From: Psilocybe cubensis
Lineage: Eukaryota
NCBI GenBank assembly: GCA_017499595.2
Contig: CM038998.1
Span: 3,782,001 to 3,846,000 of the forward strand
Direction of reading: 5' to 3'
Length of the DNA stretch: 64,000 nt
The position numbers and the translations under genes are program-made. This document shows positions 35,016 to 49,232 of the stretch, one piece after another (the first letter of the stretch is position 1; each line of letters begins with the position of its first letter). The notes under the pieces were generated by a model. It was not told the origin of the DNA. It made no database searches and was given only the letters and a program-made list of their open reading frames with translations.

Positions 35016-37513
35016 ATGCCTGTCAATAAACTTGATGGTCAGGCGCGCGACAAAGCACCTGCTGAGGCCGAGGTAAGGCCAACCATTTCTATTTTGCTAC
35101 TCTAAAGAGGTCAAACGCACAGCCTGAATTAATCGGCCTTTTTGTACACTAGGCAGGCTCCGTTGGGGATGCAGTCCCGAATGTTCATAAACCCTGGAAT
35201 TTCGATGACGCCTTCAAATACGCACCTCCGAGACCAGAAGGAGACTCATGGGACATACTGCTGGACCCCTTGATGAAACAGGATAAAATTCGATGTGATG
35301 CGTGGAAAGACGAAGTTCAGAACCTGTTGATTTTCGTCAGTTACTTTCGTTCGAATTTCGAAGTCGAGGTCTATCTGATCCTTTACAACGTTCAAAGGCT
35401 GGACTTTTTTCCGCGGTGGTTACCACTTTCATTATCGAATCATACAAGTCTCTACAACCCGACCCAAACGATTTTGTCATTGACTTACTTTCTCATATCT
35501 CAACTCGTCTCAATGCTTCCCTGGAGCCAAGTGCTACAATCACATCTATGGCCCAAACCTTCTCACCCACTTCGTCGTCTGTCCGAGTCAATTCTTTTTG
35601 GTTTACTAGCTTGGTTCTCAGTCTGACAACTGTTCTGGTCGGTATCATTGCTCTTCAATGGCTTCGAGAGCACCAGTTCTACTCAACAGACCTATCCCCT
35701 CGTGAAAAATACTCCTTGTACTGTATGCGAGAAGACGCTCTGAAGACTTGGCAAGTCGATAAGATATTTAACTCCCTACCACTCCTCCTTCAGTGTGCGT
35801 TAATTCTGTTCCTCGGAGGGGTCGTCGACTTTCTGCAAGCGATAGGCAACATCGGAGTTTTTGTCCCAGTTGCTATTATCGTTGGACTGACTTTGCTGTT
35901 CCTTGTCATGACAACAGTCCTCCCAAGCCTCCAGGTTTCTTTGCTCTACTATGATATTTTTCTTAACTGGGATATAACTAGAAATGATCCTGGTAAGATA
36001 CCTCCCAGCCAATGTCCATATAAATCTCCTCAATCACACACTATACGGAACCTCTGGCTTAACATTCAAAAAATATACTTCAATGTGCGATATAAATTAC
36101 GCTTCCAATACAGATCGGGGGGAAGGCTATTTTCGACCTCGAACCTGACCCGTACAAATGACGAAAGTAAACCCCACTTTACCAGATACTTATACGCGGC
36201 TTGTTTCGAATCTGATTGGACCCACTTCGATTTAGCTTGGCTTGCCATCCGCGACGGCTACATGCGGTTCGTCTATAAACGTTCCTCCAGTGCAGAATAT
36301 ATTTCACGCACAGACGTGGTCCCCATCTTCGACATCGTACGGGGTCTGCTTGACCAGGCATATCATACCTCGCTTTTCCCTTCGACATACCATTGCCTTG
36401 CGGAGATATCTGATCTAGTTACGCAACCCCCACACTCGTCTGGATTTACCAGCGCTGACGATGCTTTTCGACAAAGTCTATACTTGCATGACCTTGTCGC
36501 ATCCAAGGACGATACACCGCTACTGGAATATTTTGGTAACGACTCTGGAGCCAAGCCTGATTCACTGTCTGAATCGAGTATAGTATTGTCGACTGCATCT
36601 AATTTAACTCTGCTGTTACACCAACAAATTGTCGAATCATTTATCCCCTACCACTTTTCCAGACAAATTTTCGCGCTGCCATCAAAGCATAGAATAGAGC
36701 TCAGACTTCGTCTGTTGAGATCATTTTTCAACGCAAAGCATCTTAACTTCTCATCGGATCTGCGTATCATGATACCAGAGTGTCTTATATTGCGCTATTA
36801 CCACGCTTCAGCGATTATAGACAACGAAGAAGATGATATGGAGGCATTCACAGGTAAATTCTTCCTTCCTTACTGGACAGGAACTGACACCACCATCAGA
36901 TTTTGCATGGCAAATTGCCCATCTTACTCAAGTCATACTTGAACAAATAAGTCATCGTCCTGACTCTATCGCCCACCACCCATCCGTGCAACACGATATC
37001 ATCTTGCCTTTCATGGAGACGTCAGGCTGCTACGCTAATTGCCTGCTTCGTCAAAAAAACCCTTCGAGCTCAATAATCAGCAGTTACTCTTCCGTTTTTC
37101 GCTTCATCGAAGAAATTTTACTGAAAGACATGGCCGAATGGACGGAGACAAATATTCAACCAAGTCTATTCTTCTACACATCATCTCTACTTGCATATAA
37201 CATTTTGCTGGATTGGGGTTCCAAGGACTTAAATCAGCCCATCTCAGACCCTTCTTTTCGCTCGATGTGCGCTGCAATATGCGCTTACCGAGAAGGGACC
37301 ATCGATGCAGAAATTTTTGACCCGGATATTGAGGAGCAGTTTACTAGAGACCCGGATGTTTATTACTTTGGAAGGATCTACGACACAGATTCTCCTCGGA
37401 CATTTTCGTCGCAGTGGTGGGCAAGATTGGCCATCTACAAGGCCACATGGGAGTCGACTTCTGTTCATCAGTCGTACCCATCTTCCGTTGATTCAGTCGC
37501 CGAAATACAGTAA
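35016..37513 (+). CDS. DUF6535-type N-terminal multi-TM domain protein (agaricomycete expanded family); multi-exon
   Basis: CDAWKDEVQNLLIF|AGLFSAVVTTFIIESYKSLQPD, VRVNSFWFTSLVLSL..LVGIIALQWLREH, LPLLLQCALILFLGG, CPYKSPQS. Confidence 0.8.
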
Positions 37514-37554
37514 CAATTTTGATTTATGCAAGAGTCTTTTTGAACATAAAACCT

Positions 37555-38353
37555 TTATGTGTATGATGGCATATCCTTGGTTCCACTCCCAAGATTGTAA
37601 ATGTTGCTTATATCCTGTGCTCTTCTTTCTGCAACAAATTCGAGTGTTTTCTGGTAGATGTCCCAGGCGTATTGCAACACATCTATTTCCGAGCCGTTGA
37701 CTTTCTGCATGGCTTCTTCGTATGATAGCAAGTGCGTCTGAAAGTTCTCCTCGCTGGGCATACGCTCCCTGCTTGTATCGACTGCCTAGAATATGTGTAG
37801 GTAATGAATTTGAATTATTGATTGCATTTTTAACACCCACAGCATCCTCGGGTATCTGACCGACGAACCATGAAGTAAGGTAGACTCCGTTATACAAGGT
37901 GGTCGTCAAAAATATAGGCTCCACATTCAAGGCACTTTCGATATTGCCCATACTAGCCGGTGGAAAAGGTTGAGTAGTTGGATTAAGCAGTGGTAAAAGT
38001 TGAGCGCGGTATCCAGACTACGCAGGCCGGTAAAAAATATCGGTCTCCATGACTTGAATAAGTAAGCCTACCTCCTCAAAGGCCTCTCTTAGAGCTGCCT
38101 GCTCTATAGTCTCCCCAACGTCCTTCCTACCGCGGGGAAAGAACCATTTGCGCTCCCAATCGGGTGCATGAATCATGACTATTTTATGCGTGTTTTGCTG
38201 AATGATCACCATACCAGCCCCAACCAGGAAGTCGGTAGAGCACCAAGCGCTTGGCAGAATCGCAGGAGTCGACCACTTTGACAGAGTTGGAAGCAACACC
38301 TCCGAGCCGTTCTCGACCTTTTGCGAACCCTCCGTCTCCATATTCTCTGACAT
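37555..38353 (-). CDS. NUDIX hydrolase; multi-exon, exact start uncertain
   Basis: Nudix box FFPRGRKDVGETIEQAALREAFEE|SG; downstream YLTSWFVGQIPEDAV and EENFQTHLLSYEEA. Confidence 0.85.
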
Positions 38354-39204
38354 TTCAACTTCCGGCTTCAACAAAGTCTTTAGGAGAAGGGCCTAAGAAA
38401 AAAGACAGGAGAGTAGTCTAGAGCGCTCCTAGTGCTTGTACACTAAGAACAAGTAGTGGCACCTTCGAGAATGAACCGGAATATGTCCCCGGCGAATCTA
38501 TAGTTGGGTTTGATTTTTATCAAATCAAATCAAGTCGAAATGTACACTACCACTACTTTTTCAAATCTGCTGGAGGCCAGATCTCCGCTAGAATGGTGTA
38601 AAACGTGGGTGTCAAAAAAATCACATTTGTAACTTCCGAGAGACCTGTAGTGCCATACAAATAGCTCATGTTGAAGTCATTTTAGGAGGCCTAGATTTAG
38701 GCGATTGATGAAAGGTACTTTGTCCCAAACATACAGCTGATCGTCGCTGACTGTAACGCCTCGGGAACCGATTTACGACTCGACGAAGGCATAGAACAAG
38801 AAAAAGGGAGTACATCTGCATTGTAACTCGAATATAGAGGACGTGGCGGGATAGTAACTGATATCGAGGTGATGGCACAAAATCACTGGCAAATATTTCA
38901 CTGATTGTAGCTCACTGGCAGATTCAGTAACCTGAATATATCTATTTGATGTATACTCTTTGTGAAAGTTACAGTGCCGACGCTCCAAGGCATCTCCTGG
39001 TGAGCCAGAATGTAGGCGATGGGTTTGCGATGAGTATGAGGAAGCCTGGGCCCTGGCCACTATTTTTCTGCGTTGATATTTGTATATGTTATTATCGCAG
39101 GACGTAGTGATGTCATTATATTTGTCATAAATTGGTATTGATAACTGACCCTAATTGAGCTGTTGAAAACACATCATAACCTTGTGCCCCCATCATCACT
39201 CACC

Positions 39205-40148
39205 ATGAGTTTGCTGCAGGGTGTTCTCAAATCAAACACCGAGGACCTCGAAAACGGCCTCAAGAACATCCGCCAAAACAACAAGAGGCGCACATCCTAT
39301 GAGGAGAAAGAAAGAGAAAAGGATGATTCAGATGACAGTGAGCTCGTCAACGTTGTATGTGCCCCCAATGTTGCCATGATCAACCTATTAATCTCTTATC
39401 GATGAAACACCAGGTTTCTCTTCCTGGAACACCTGCCAGAACTAGGCCATCGTCGCCTGTCCGCGGCGCAAATACGCGCCTTTCCACCAAGTCCCCGCTG
39501 ACATCCACAGCGAACCGCCTTGATCCACTCAAGGCCTTCCCTACCGAGCTTTCTCAGAAAATCTTCACTAAGCTTTCCGTAAAAGATCTAGCCAAATGCT
39601 CTCTTGTTTCTAAGAAATGGGCACGAAGTCAGACGCTCAATTACGGTAGGAATATAACTCCCATTAGATCGTGGGTGCTATCATGCTAATCAATGAGTCT
39701 CACTAGTTTGGTTTCAGCATTATCGAAAGGAGAACTTTCATGACGACAGTCTTCCTCCTGGAAAATGGACAAAGCGCGAGTCTAAACAGAATTGGGTATA
39801 TTATCTCTTTCTTGTATACCCTCTCCTGGGCTGACTCCCTGCCGATGAACACAGAGACAGGTGTACCTGAAATCAGCTAAAGATCGTTCACCCACTTCGA
39901 CCTCCTTCTCTCGCACAGGGTCTGGGTATAACTCTCCCTCTCGTAACATGTCAGGCTACCAAACACCTCGTGAACTCAAAGAAGAACAATGGAAGGCTGA
40001 GCTCGAAGCCGCGTCAAAACCTGGCAAGCTAGAAATGCGGGAAATGTACAAAGAGCTCGGGGGACGCAAGTCCCGGACGAAGACAAAGCTCGGCAGCTCT
40101 GGAATCCGCGACAAGGGTGGTTGGGATGACGGCGGCGAAAATTGGTAG
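39205..40148 (+). CDS. Small F-box protein; multi-exon
   Basis: LDPLKAFPTELSQKIFTKLSVKDLAKCSLVSKKWARSQTLNY|VWFQHY is an F-box consensus; spliced exons end GGWDDGGENW*. Confidence 0.85.
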
Positions 40149-41090
40149 ATAACGGTGCCCCGCTGTGCCCTGAGTCCCCCACGGGGTATAGCTGCCCAAT
40201 GGGGATGTGCCAATCCATGGCACCTTCTGGCACCCTTCGTCCCTCAATTCACTGGAATTATGAACACATTCACTCTTTACCCCTCTGACGCATTTATCCA
40301 CGCATCCCAGGTATTTTTATACAACTGTGAATACGATACGAACGAATACACACTCCCGAACGCTATCACACTCACAAAGCACAGTGCCCTCCATCGACTA
40401 CTTACGACTTTTCAACAACATTTTCTATCCTTAACACCACGTTCTATTCTTTGTCAAACTTTTTCTTACTATTCGCCTGGTGTCACATGGTATTTTATGA
40501 CTGCGACGGCTTTTCCAATCTTCTATTCTTTTCTTCTTGTTTGTACATCATTTCGTCGATCATCATGAACACATCCAACCACATCTATCTATCAGCAGTA
40601 GCAGATGCTCCCTTTACTACCCAGTAGATTACGATGACTTGCGTGCTTTTCTTATTTTCACATAGAATGTTTGTTGTAACATTTTCACCTCTATCGAATC
40701 CAATGAATTGAATACTTTTAAGTGTATCACGCTGACGTGTCCTGAACTTGTACATTCTGCCAACGTGTTTGGTTCTAATGCAACACGAATGTGTCAATGT
40801 TGGCAGGTTGCAACAGATTTGGAAGGAACTAGTTATAGGTTAGACTCAGCCAGTCAATGCCCTGTCATGATCGATAAATGTAAGCGATCAACGTTCAACG
40901 TTTCAACAACTGAACATCGCGTTCAGGGCAAGTCCAGGGTCACAAGAGGCGCCGAAATTTCTGTTCAACTTTGGTGATTTAATGAGTTGAAGCCACCTCT
41001 TTCTCAGTATTTGATTTGCATTTGGCTTAAGTACTTATACACTAGTGATAATATACAGATTGTACACGACTTACATTACACATTTTTACA

Positions 41091-42777
41091 TCAAACCTCC
41101 TCGATGTCACTTGGAATGTTTTTCCTCTCAATCTTAGCCTGACGGACGAGACACCGCCCAAATTCGTCGATCACACCTCTGGAACCGCCATCGCTATATA
41201 GACTGGTTCTACTACTCCTGGGTACCTCCGCTATGTCGTCCTCCCTTTCTTCGTCCAGAGATGAGCTTTCGCTTGTACGCTCCGAGCACACAGAGGCATG
41301 TGCTACTGTGGAGAGCCTAGGGATTTGAAACTCAATACTGTCGATGGCGGTACCCATCGATGCCATTGTACGACTGTGTTCCCATTCGCGTAGATGGAGG
41401 ATGAAACGGGCTGTCATCATTCCCGATACCCTGCCGGACATGTTAGCATACCTATGATAACCCCGAGGTATTTTGAAAGCGACTTACGGAAGAGTGAGGG
41501 CATTGAAAAGACGCTGGAGGAAGGATCCACTCTGTAAATTGTATGAATTAAATGAAGTTAGATTAAAGAAGTATGTAGATCCATCCTCACAGGCGCGACC
41601 TATAACCACACGGTGACATCAGCATCAGATATATATCTAGAAGTTGCTAACGACTTACGTGGAGCATAATCAGAGTTGACATCGTGAACAGCGAAACAAA
41701 ACTACACCAAGTAAGTTCCAATCTATGAGAGTCATCAGAATCCTCGTACCAAAAGTAAAGAATCCCTGTTTATCAAAATATGATATCAAAGGTTTACTCC
41801 GTACGACCAGTATGTACACTTACCCTGCTGCACGACGAGGTATTCTAGCCTATCCTTCCCAGATGTGATATCAACGCGGATACGTAACGCTTGCCAACCT
41901 CGGAAGACGGTAAAGATCGCGGCGAGTACCTCATACACGACAACGGAAATTGCCATAAACTCTTCAGGTCTGCAAGTCGTAGCAAAAATATCTCGTTCAG
42001 TCGACCGACCAGACTGTTCACACCAAAGAGGTACATACGAGCCATTTTTTGGACTTCCGACACAGACAACATATTTAATGTGCATCTATTGTTGAAATTA
42101 AAGATATTTTCTTTGGGAAAAATGATTCAGAACAATCTTACAGCGTCTATTACCACAATGGACGTTCCAAGTGGCACAAAAATGACCAGAATCCACTTTT
42201 TGCGGTCAAATATTGCATACGTCCTGGCTCCCAGGACAACTAAATCAAATTTTAGCCCGTCTTCTTAATTGTCAAGGACAAATGTGAAATGACGCACTTA
42301 GGACCGCCGCCCTACCCAGGACACTAAATGAGCAGCAGATTTGATAACCAGCATCGCAACTGATGGCTGGTGCCAGCTTTCCAGCTCGTGCAAAGACGAA
42401 AAGAACGTTTGAAATCATGGAGTAGCGACACGCAATGTATAGGGCAGTGGAAAGTGTAAATTTTTTGCGCCAGATGTATTTGACCTCCCTTGTCCAAGTT
42501 AATAGATAATCATAGAACACTAGCGCTATGGTTAATAGGCGTCAGGTGCGAAGACGAAATGAAGTTGATCAAAAAACCTACTTATACTGGCGTATTGGAT
42601 ACAGAACTGGACAAACCTGAAGAGTGGAAAGGGTAAATAAGAACTTTTCGTTTTTGGCCTGGAATTCAGGGTTCGTGCTGCTTACTGAACTCGATCGATG
42701 GCGTTCACAGAGGAGGGTTCGTGGCTCAGGCTGATTCTCTGTCCGGCAGAGACATTGGTATCGTAATTTGACGGCAT
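41091..42777 (-). CDS. DUF6533-type multi-pass membrane protein (GPCR-like agaricomycete family); many small exons
   Basis: Spliced N-terminus MPSNYDTN...FCIQYASITLVFYDYLLTWTREVKYIWRKKFTLSTALYIACRY; late TM ...LP|VSGMMTARFILHLREW. Confidence 0.8.
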
Positions 42778-44284
42778 ACAACAGGCAGTAGCTTTAGCGT
42801 TCGTCCAGACGAGCTAAATGGCTTGAAAAGCAGTGGGAGGCGCGGCCTGAGGGAAATCAAGAATAACACGTCTCCAGTTATAAGAAGAGCACATCTCCCA
42901 TCTTTTCCGTGATAATCACAATGTTGCTTGGAGTTCGACAGTGCCGGCTTGGAAGCTGATGCCCAAGGTTTACACGGTATTGAGCCCTTTAACACTGCCA
43001 TAGCGGAGAAGATTTCCACGGATATGGTTCTGCAAATGGTGTGAAAGTCAGCCATGCCGCCTCCATGAAAAATGGCATATCTTTAGAACTGGATACATTA
43101 TTAGGAAGTGTTCCATGCTGTGGTTATTTCAGTCAGATGCACCAAAATATTATCAAACCTCGATATGCCTAGGAAGTAAGCACAAGGGATTTTTTACGGT
43201 GAGAGTTGTGAATGGGGAACTAGTTGTCCAACGTCGGCTCGATCCAGGAAATAAAAAAGGAGGCAATGACTTAAAAGTTGATAGTTACTTACTTCGCCTG
43301 ACCTTGGGCGCTGTGCAATGTGATTTGCATTCCATAATTAGATTCACCTGGATCCCGGCGAAGATGATCACAGCATTGGGGAGTGATATGATCCCAGAAT
43401 GTTGATCAAGGCTGGTGTTTCGTCAGTGAGTTTAAAGGTTTAAAGGGACCGACCAGCTTCGCGATACCGCTAGAAATATGTCATGGAAATATTTTGTGAG
43501 TATACATCCCTGTGGAATAACTTTAGGAGATCATAAATATAGGGTCAGTGCATCTTCCATACAAAAAGCAAACTTCTTGAAATCAGAGTGACATGCCAAC
43601 GTCTTTTAGGCATGGCAGCCAATTATCTGACGATTCGGAAAGGAGTGGGGCACGGCCAGGTCTACATCAGCTACCATCCTTACTACTGAGATCTTTGGTG
43701 GTGTGTAACGCTTCTTTGGTTTGATGCAATTCCGGTACGCAGATCATATACAATGTCGAAGCCTGTTCGAAGTTGCAAAAGATACATAGTCAGTCTGTCT
43801 CGCCATCCGTGCCAAGTTCTGAAGAGATGATTATGAAGTGGGCCAAGCATCGGTAGTTTGTGTGATTATTGCATTAGAGGGCCGTACTGAGAAAGATTTG
43901 CTATCATTGTGACGCTGACGCCATGCCGGCCTTGGATTCAAGTGTGCCTTCAACGTCTAGTAAAGTCTCAGTGTGACCAAGTTCTGATGAGAACTGACTG
44001 TCCTAGGAAACACCGTAAGAAATGAAAGCAGGATAAAGAGAAATGCCTAGAGACGGTCATGGAAGTATAAATATGCGAATTGAGGTCCCATGTGTTTGTT
44101 GAACTCACAGAAGCCAAGTTGAAGCCACTACTTGAAGCAAACAAGAAGCAACTCGTTTTTATTGGGAACGGGGCTTTGTTTGGATCAGAGGAAAACACCA
44201 AATAACGTCTAGGCTTCAACCCAATGCTGGAATATAAACTACACAAAGTTCCAATACTAGAACTTCTGCGAGTGGATTTCGCAA

Positions 44285-47200
44285 ATGGCTGCAGATCTAT
44301 CCTCGTTGTTGACCTCTTCCAAAAACTTGACTTCTCATCTGTCAAGGCCTGATTTGCCTTCGGTGAATCTTTCTCTGGACCAAATTGAGGCACTCTCTCG
44401 CCGCCTTGTGTCTCGACAACCAGGAACTTCAACGGATGCCGACCGAGCGTAGGTCTTCTGGTTAATACGATGAAATAAACTAAAACATGCTATAGAAATT
44501 ATTTACTAGCTCAAGCACACGTCGATGCATCAGCTCTTTCAAGTTCTATTGCTCATCTCAATACATCAACCACATTCTCTCCACTACAACCATTACAAGA
44601 CACCGATGTTGCAGGCTACCTACGAATCGCTCATGAACAGAACTTGATCTCTACCATTGAGGAGGGTCGTAAGGAGACTCAAGAAGAATTCTATCGTGCC
44701 CTGGAGGACCGAAGCCATCGTGATTGGGAAGCCAAGAAGAAACGCGTCTTCGAGGAACTGGGCGACCGTGTTTCCAGCGCTGACCGTGGCGGCATGTCAG
44801 ACCTGCGTGCAAGTACTCTCGGAAAAAGTGTATTGGGTGTATGTCCTACCGCGTTTCTTTGGCGTATCGCTTACAGGTCAACAGGCTTCAACTACAACTC
44901 CCAGTTTGTCTCTGCAAATGCAAAGCAAAATGCTGGCCTATGACCGTGTCATTGCCGATCTTAACGCAGCACGATTACAAGGCACCTCCTACCCCGTTGT
45001 GCATTCCCTCGTCGAGGCATCTTTGGCTGTCGCTTCAGACGTATTGTCTTTGAGTTTTTTCCGTGCACTTCTCTTTGACTAACATGTTCACAGCCTCGCT
45101 CGATTCAAATGACGCAAAATTTCCACATCCTCGCAAAAATTACTGGCGAACCACCAGCACTACCACCCATTGAGCACGCCGGCGCACATATCCTCAACGC
45201 GCCACTCTTCTCGCGCAAGTATGCGCGAACATATCTTGGAGACCCAGAGAGTCGCGAGGCTATCGCCTTGCGTCGACAGATCGCTGCCGGCTCTCGGCAG
45301 GCTCTCGAAGAGCAGTACTGGGATATCTTGGAGAGGACGGTGCAGGCGCGTCCAACGGAGGCGAGGTTGGGTGGCGATCCCAGCATTGCGAATCGTGTTC
45401 GCGCGTTCTTGTTGGTCAGATATTATAGGAATGGAGAGTGGGAAGACAGAATCGAACTTGTTGCTGGTCAGCCTATTTGGGCCAAACTGTTTTACTTGAT
45501 TCGAACAGGCCATACCAACGAAGCTCTCGCCGAGGCATTACAGTTCCAAAATGCTATTGAGAGTCGAGAGGCAAGCTTTGTGAACCACTTCCGCACATGG
45601 ATCGAATCCCCGGAAAGAAAGTGTGTAATCTTCTCGTCTTTGAAAATGTACACGTATATTGATCCAAATTAGACTACCTAAGGCACACCGAGATCACTTG
45701 CAATCGGTGTACAACGCACATATGCTGCACTCCAACACCGCGGACCCATTCAAGCTTGCACTATATAAGCTAATGGGCAAGCTCGAGCCAACAAGGAGGA
45801 GCGTGCCTCTGGTGACCACAACAACGGAGGACTGGCTCTGGTTCCAGCTGGCAATGGTTGACGAAGAGGAAGATGGTGGTTTGCGAGCTTTTGCCGAGGT
45901 TCTCCTCGGTTATGGCGAACGCCACTTCGACGGTCCCCCGAACCAGCCAAACTCTCGAAAGGGTGTGTGGGCAGGTGTTCTGCTCATGTGCGGTCAATTC
46001 GAGCGCGTACGTTTAACTATGCTCTTTTTTGCGGTCTTGCTTGACATTGGTTCGATGTAGGCGGTTGCGGCGCTATGGGAATACCAGGAGACAGAAGTCG
46101 AAGCCGTACATCTTGCAATTGCGCTCGCCTACCATGGCTTGTTGAGAGTCCCTTCACGATCCGAGACATCCGATATGACACCCCGTAAGTCTCCAACTAA
46201 ACCATTGACATTCATATAAGGCTGATCATTCTACCCCGCACAACAATCAGTTTCTTTATCACCCACTGGTCCTCCCGCATTGAGCCTGTCGACGCTAATA
46301 TGGAGATACGTTAGACAGTTTGTGAAGATGGATGCGAAAGAGGCGCTGCAATATGTGTATTGTATCACCCTCAGCTCAGACCAAGGTGGCGGTGTTGGAA
46401 AAGAGCAGGTTGAGCTCTCATGGGAGTTCGTGCGACGGATCATTGTTTTGGCCAATAGTGGTCCTGCTTGGGAAGAGCTCGTCGGGGGTGTCAGACCGGA
46501 AGGAGGCAGATATGTGCGTTTCTTTCCCTTTCATTGATACTCAATCTTGTCCCTCATATTAACGCACTATACTAATTTGCAGGGTGGCGCAATTGAACAC
46601 AGCGCCAAGCTCCTTGAACTCTCAGAAACGCAAAGCTACAATAATGAGATCCTCCTTCGCGCTGCACGCGATTCAGCGGACAATGACCGCGTTACCGAGG
46701 CGATCAAGCTGTACAACCTCGCCGGAGACTACGCGACCGTCGTCGAGTGTCTTGCGCATGCTCTTGGAAATACCCTCTCTCAACCGAGCATCGATGAGCG
46801 GGGTAAGGCGCTGGAGAGGACGGCCGCGGAGATCTTGAGGCACTACGAGCGTGCAAATCGCGCGGCGGGCAGGGAGCGCGAGGCCGTTGTGAGGTTACTA
46901 AGAATTAGGGAGGCGACGGAGGCAAAGAACAAGGGAAGACCTGAAGTGGGACTTGACGTACGTCCTAAGTTGTTTTATCCTGTTTTTATGAGGACATTTG
47001 CTGAATATAGGTCCTCGCAGATTATGGAGTCGACGGATCTCATTCCTTTGACTGGGGATATTGCGAAAATTACGCGCCGGGCAGAAGAGTTCAGCCACCT
47101 CCACGAGGCGTTGCAGAAAAACCTGCAGATATATCTCAAGCTTACTATGGACTGCCTCTCAGGCGTGCATCAGCGCGTCAAGAGCTCGATGGCCGCCGAT

Positions 47201-47400
47201 GCGACGAAGCAGATTGTACGTTCTTTGCTATTTCCTTTATTTACATCAGTTTTATTTCTGACACCATCGTCGTGTAGACTTTAGCCAATATCAGGAAAAA
47301 GTCGCGTTCACTGATGGTGTTCGCTGGTATATTGAAATATCGGATGTCACCGGACGTGTATTCGTATTTGGCCAGAATCGATGTGGAAATCGCGCTCTAG
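44285..47400 (+). CDS. NIC96: Nucleoporin Nic96/Nup93; multi-exon
   Basis: DLPSVNLSLDQIEALSRRL, DTDVAGYL..HEQNLISTIE, SRQALEEQY, PIWAKLFYLIRTG, DPFKLALYKLMG, TTEDWLWFQL, LLMCGQFERAV, EAVHLAIALAYHGLL, KYRMSPDVYSYL. Confidence 0.95.
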
Positions 47401-47786
47401 ATTCCCTCTTTTCCGCGTCGTTTTTTTCATGAAAAAGATCGTATATTGTTTGTTACCTAATGTCAGATCTTGTGTATTCTACTTTTTTGTTACTCTGCAA
47501 TGCTCTTTCCAGACATATCACCGAGACAATACGACCAGGACGCCTGGCTTACTGTAAAAGTATTTATCGCAAAGTCACGCACCGTGATCAAGTATTACAG
47601 GAAGAGCCAAATACCACTTAGAATGGACGATAATCAGATAACGTTTTATTTCCCTAGGTGTATTTGAAGAGACGTACAACGTTCGTTCGTGAGGACGAGT
47701 AGTTATCGACAAAGAGGATCCAATCGCAACAATGTGCTATCTGCTGTTCAAAGGCGTAGCGTATTTTTTGTAACAATTTTACGGCG

Positions 47787-48897
47787 TCACCTTTGGGTGG
47801 GGATGAATTCGTCGACTTCAATTTCAGCGCTGCCGTCATCAACGTCTTCTTGATCCCCGTCTTCGTCTTCGTCCTCGTCGTTATCTTCTTTGTGCATAGG
47901 AATGGCTACTTTCTGTGATGTTGTTGATGATTTCTGACTCTGTGCTAATTGTCGTTGACTCTGAAGACCGCGTAAAATGAGTAACAGATATATCATGAAA
48001 AAATATACAAGAGCTTACATGATACATTGCTGTCCAGTATCCGCCCCAATACATCGCAGTCAACGCGCGCTGAAATGCTTCATCTTGACTAACAATCGAG
48101 CCAGCAACGCTGTCGGGAATGTAACTGGCTTCAGACGGCATGGTAGGTAGCTCCCCTGCCGTCGGAGTTGGCACAGAAGGTATATCGAGGGATGGATCAT
48201 GAGTCGGCACGAAGGTGTCAAAGTCGATGGGCTTTGAGTCAGTTTCGGCCCCGTCAGACGGCGCAGTGGGAGGTGTGGCCGTCGTCGTTCCCACAGCAGC
48301 ATTCAACAACGCTTTTGCGGCAGGCTTTTTAGATGGGTCGAAAGGGATGTTGTACCACCTATTGACGGCGCGCAATTAGCAGATATCAAGTCATTTAAGA
48401 CGTGGATTATGCACTTACAAAGGTGACTTTTTGACTGGTTCTTTTTTCCAGTCCTGCTCGGTCCCATGATACGCTTCGTACTCTTCCATAGCAGCGTCCC
48501 AAGCGTCCACCAGTGCAGAGTCATCCCAAATCTCCTCATGTGTCAACTCTCTGCTTTCTTCCTCCTCATATCCACATTCATATTCACCCTCTTCACCCTC
48601 CATTCCCCCCTCTTCGTGAATGGCCGCTGGAGGCGGTTGAGTTTTGACAGAATTTGTTGTGGTGTTCATAAATTTTTGAGAGGCGGGCGTCTGAGAACCC
48701 GGTCCATTATTCCTTGACGCGTTTGCATCTTGTCTTCGTTTTGCCTTTTGATTGTTGTGGTTGTTTTTCTTTCTTTTTTTGGACGGGGGTTGCGTTCCTG
48801 CGTGCGAGGATGAGGAAGGGTGATTAACCAAGGGAGTCTCAGGTTGGTCGTAAGGAAGCGTTATATCGTCGTATGATATTATAGGCCGAGTCGACAT
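47787..48897 (-). CDS. SMN1: Survival motor neuron (SMN)-like protein; multi-exon
   Basis: Gemin2-binding motif EIWDDSALVDAWDAAMEEY and YG-box-like ALTAMYWGGYWTAMYH. Confidence 0.82.
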
Positions 48898-49232
48898 TGT
48901 GTTTTGTTGAGAGTAACTTCAAGTGGAAGAAGATATTCTGTCACTTGTGGGATGATGATCATTTTATTTGGCAGTGCGCTTCCGAACTAACAACTAACTT
49001 GTAACTTCGACACAAAGACTTGTTTCAACAATCACATTTCCTTGTCCCTGATCTTTCGCCGGGCTCTCGTATATAAGCTTGCTTGATCCTGGCTAGGACA
49101 ACTAAAATCAATGCTATGTCTCATCAAAGGTGTCTTCAACTTCACGTCATCGACTTTGCAGTCCGACTGAGTGATTCTCAATATCTTGATCTCGGGCGCA
49201 GGTAAGTTCTCCTTTATATTTGACCTGGTCCC

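Noticed and set aside
42800..44250. Short ORFs in the DUF6533-NIC96 intergenic region (also 32100-33100 and 40200-41000)
   Set aside because: No recognisable domains or consistent exon chains.
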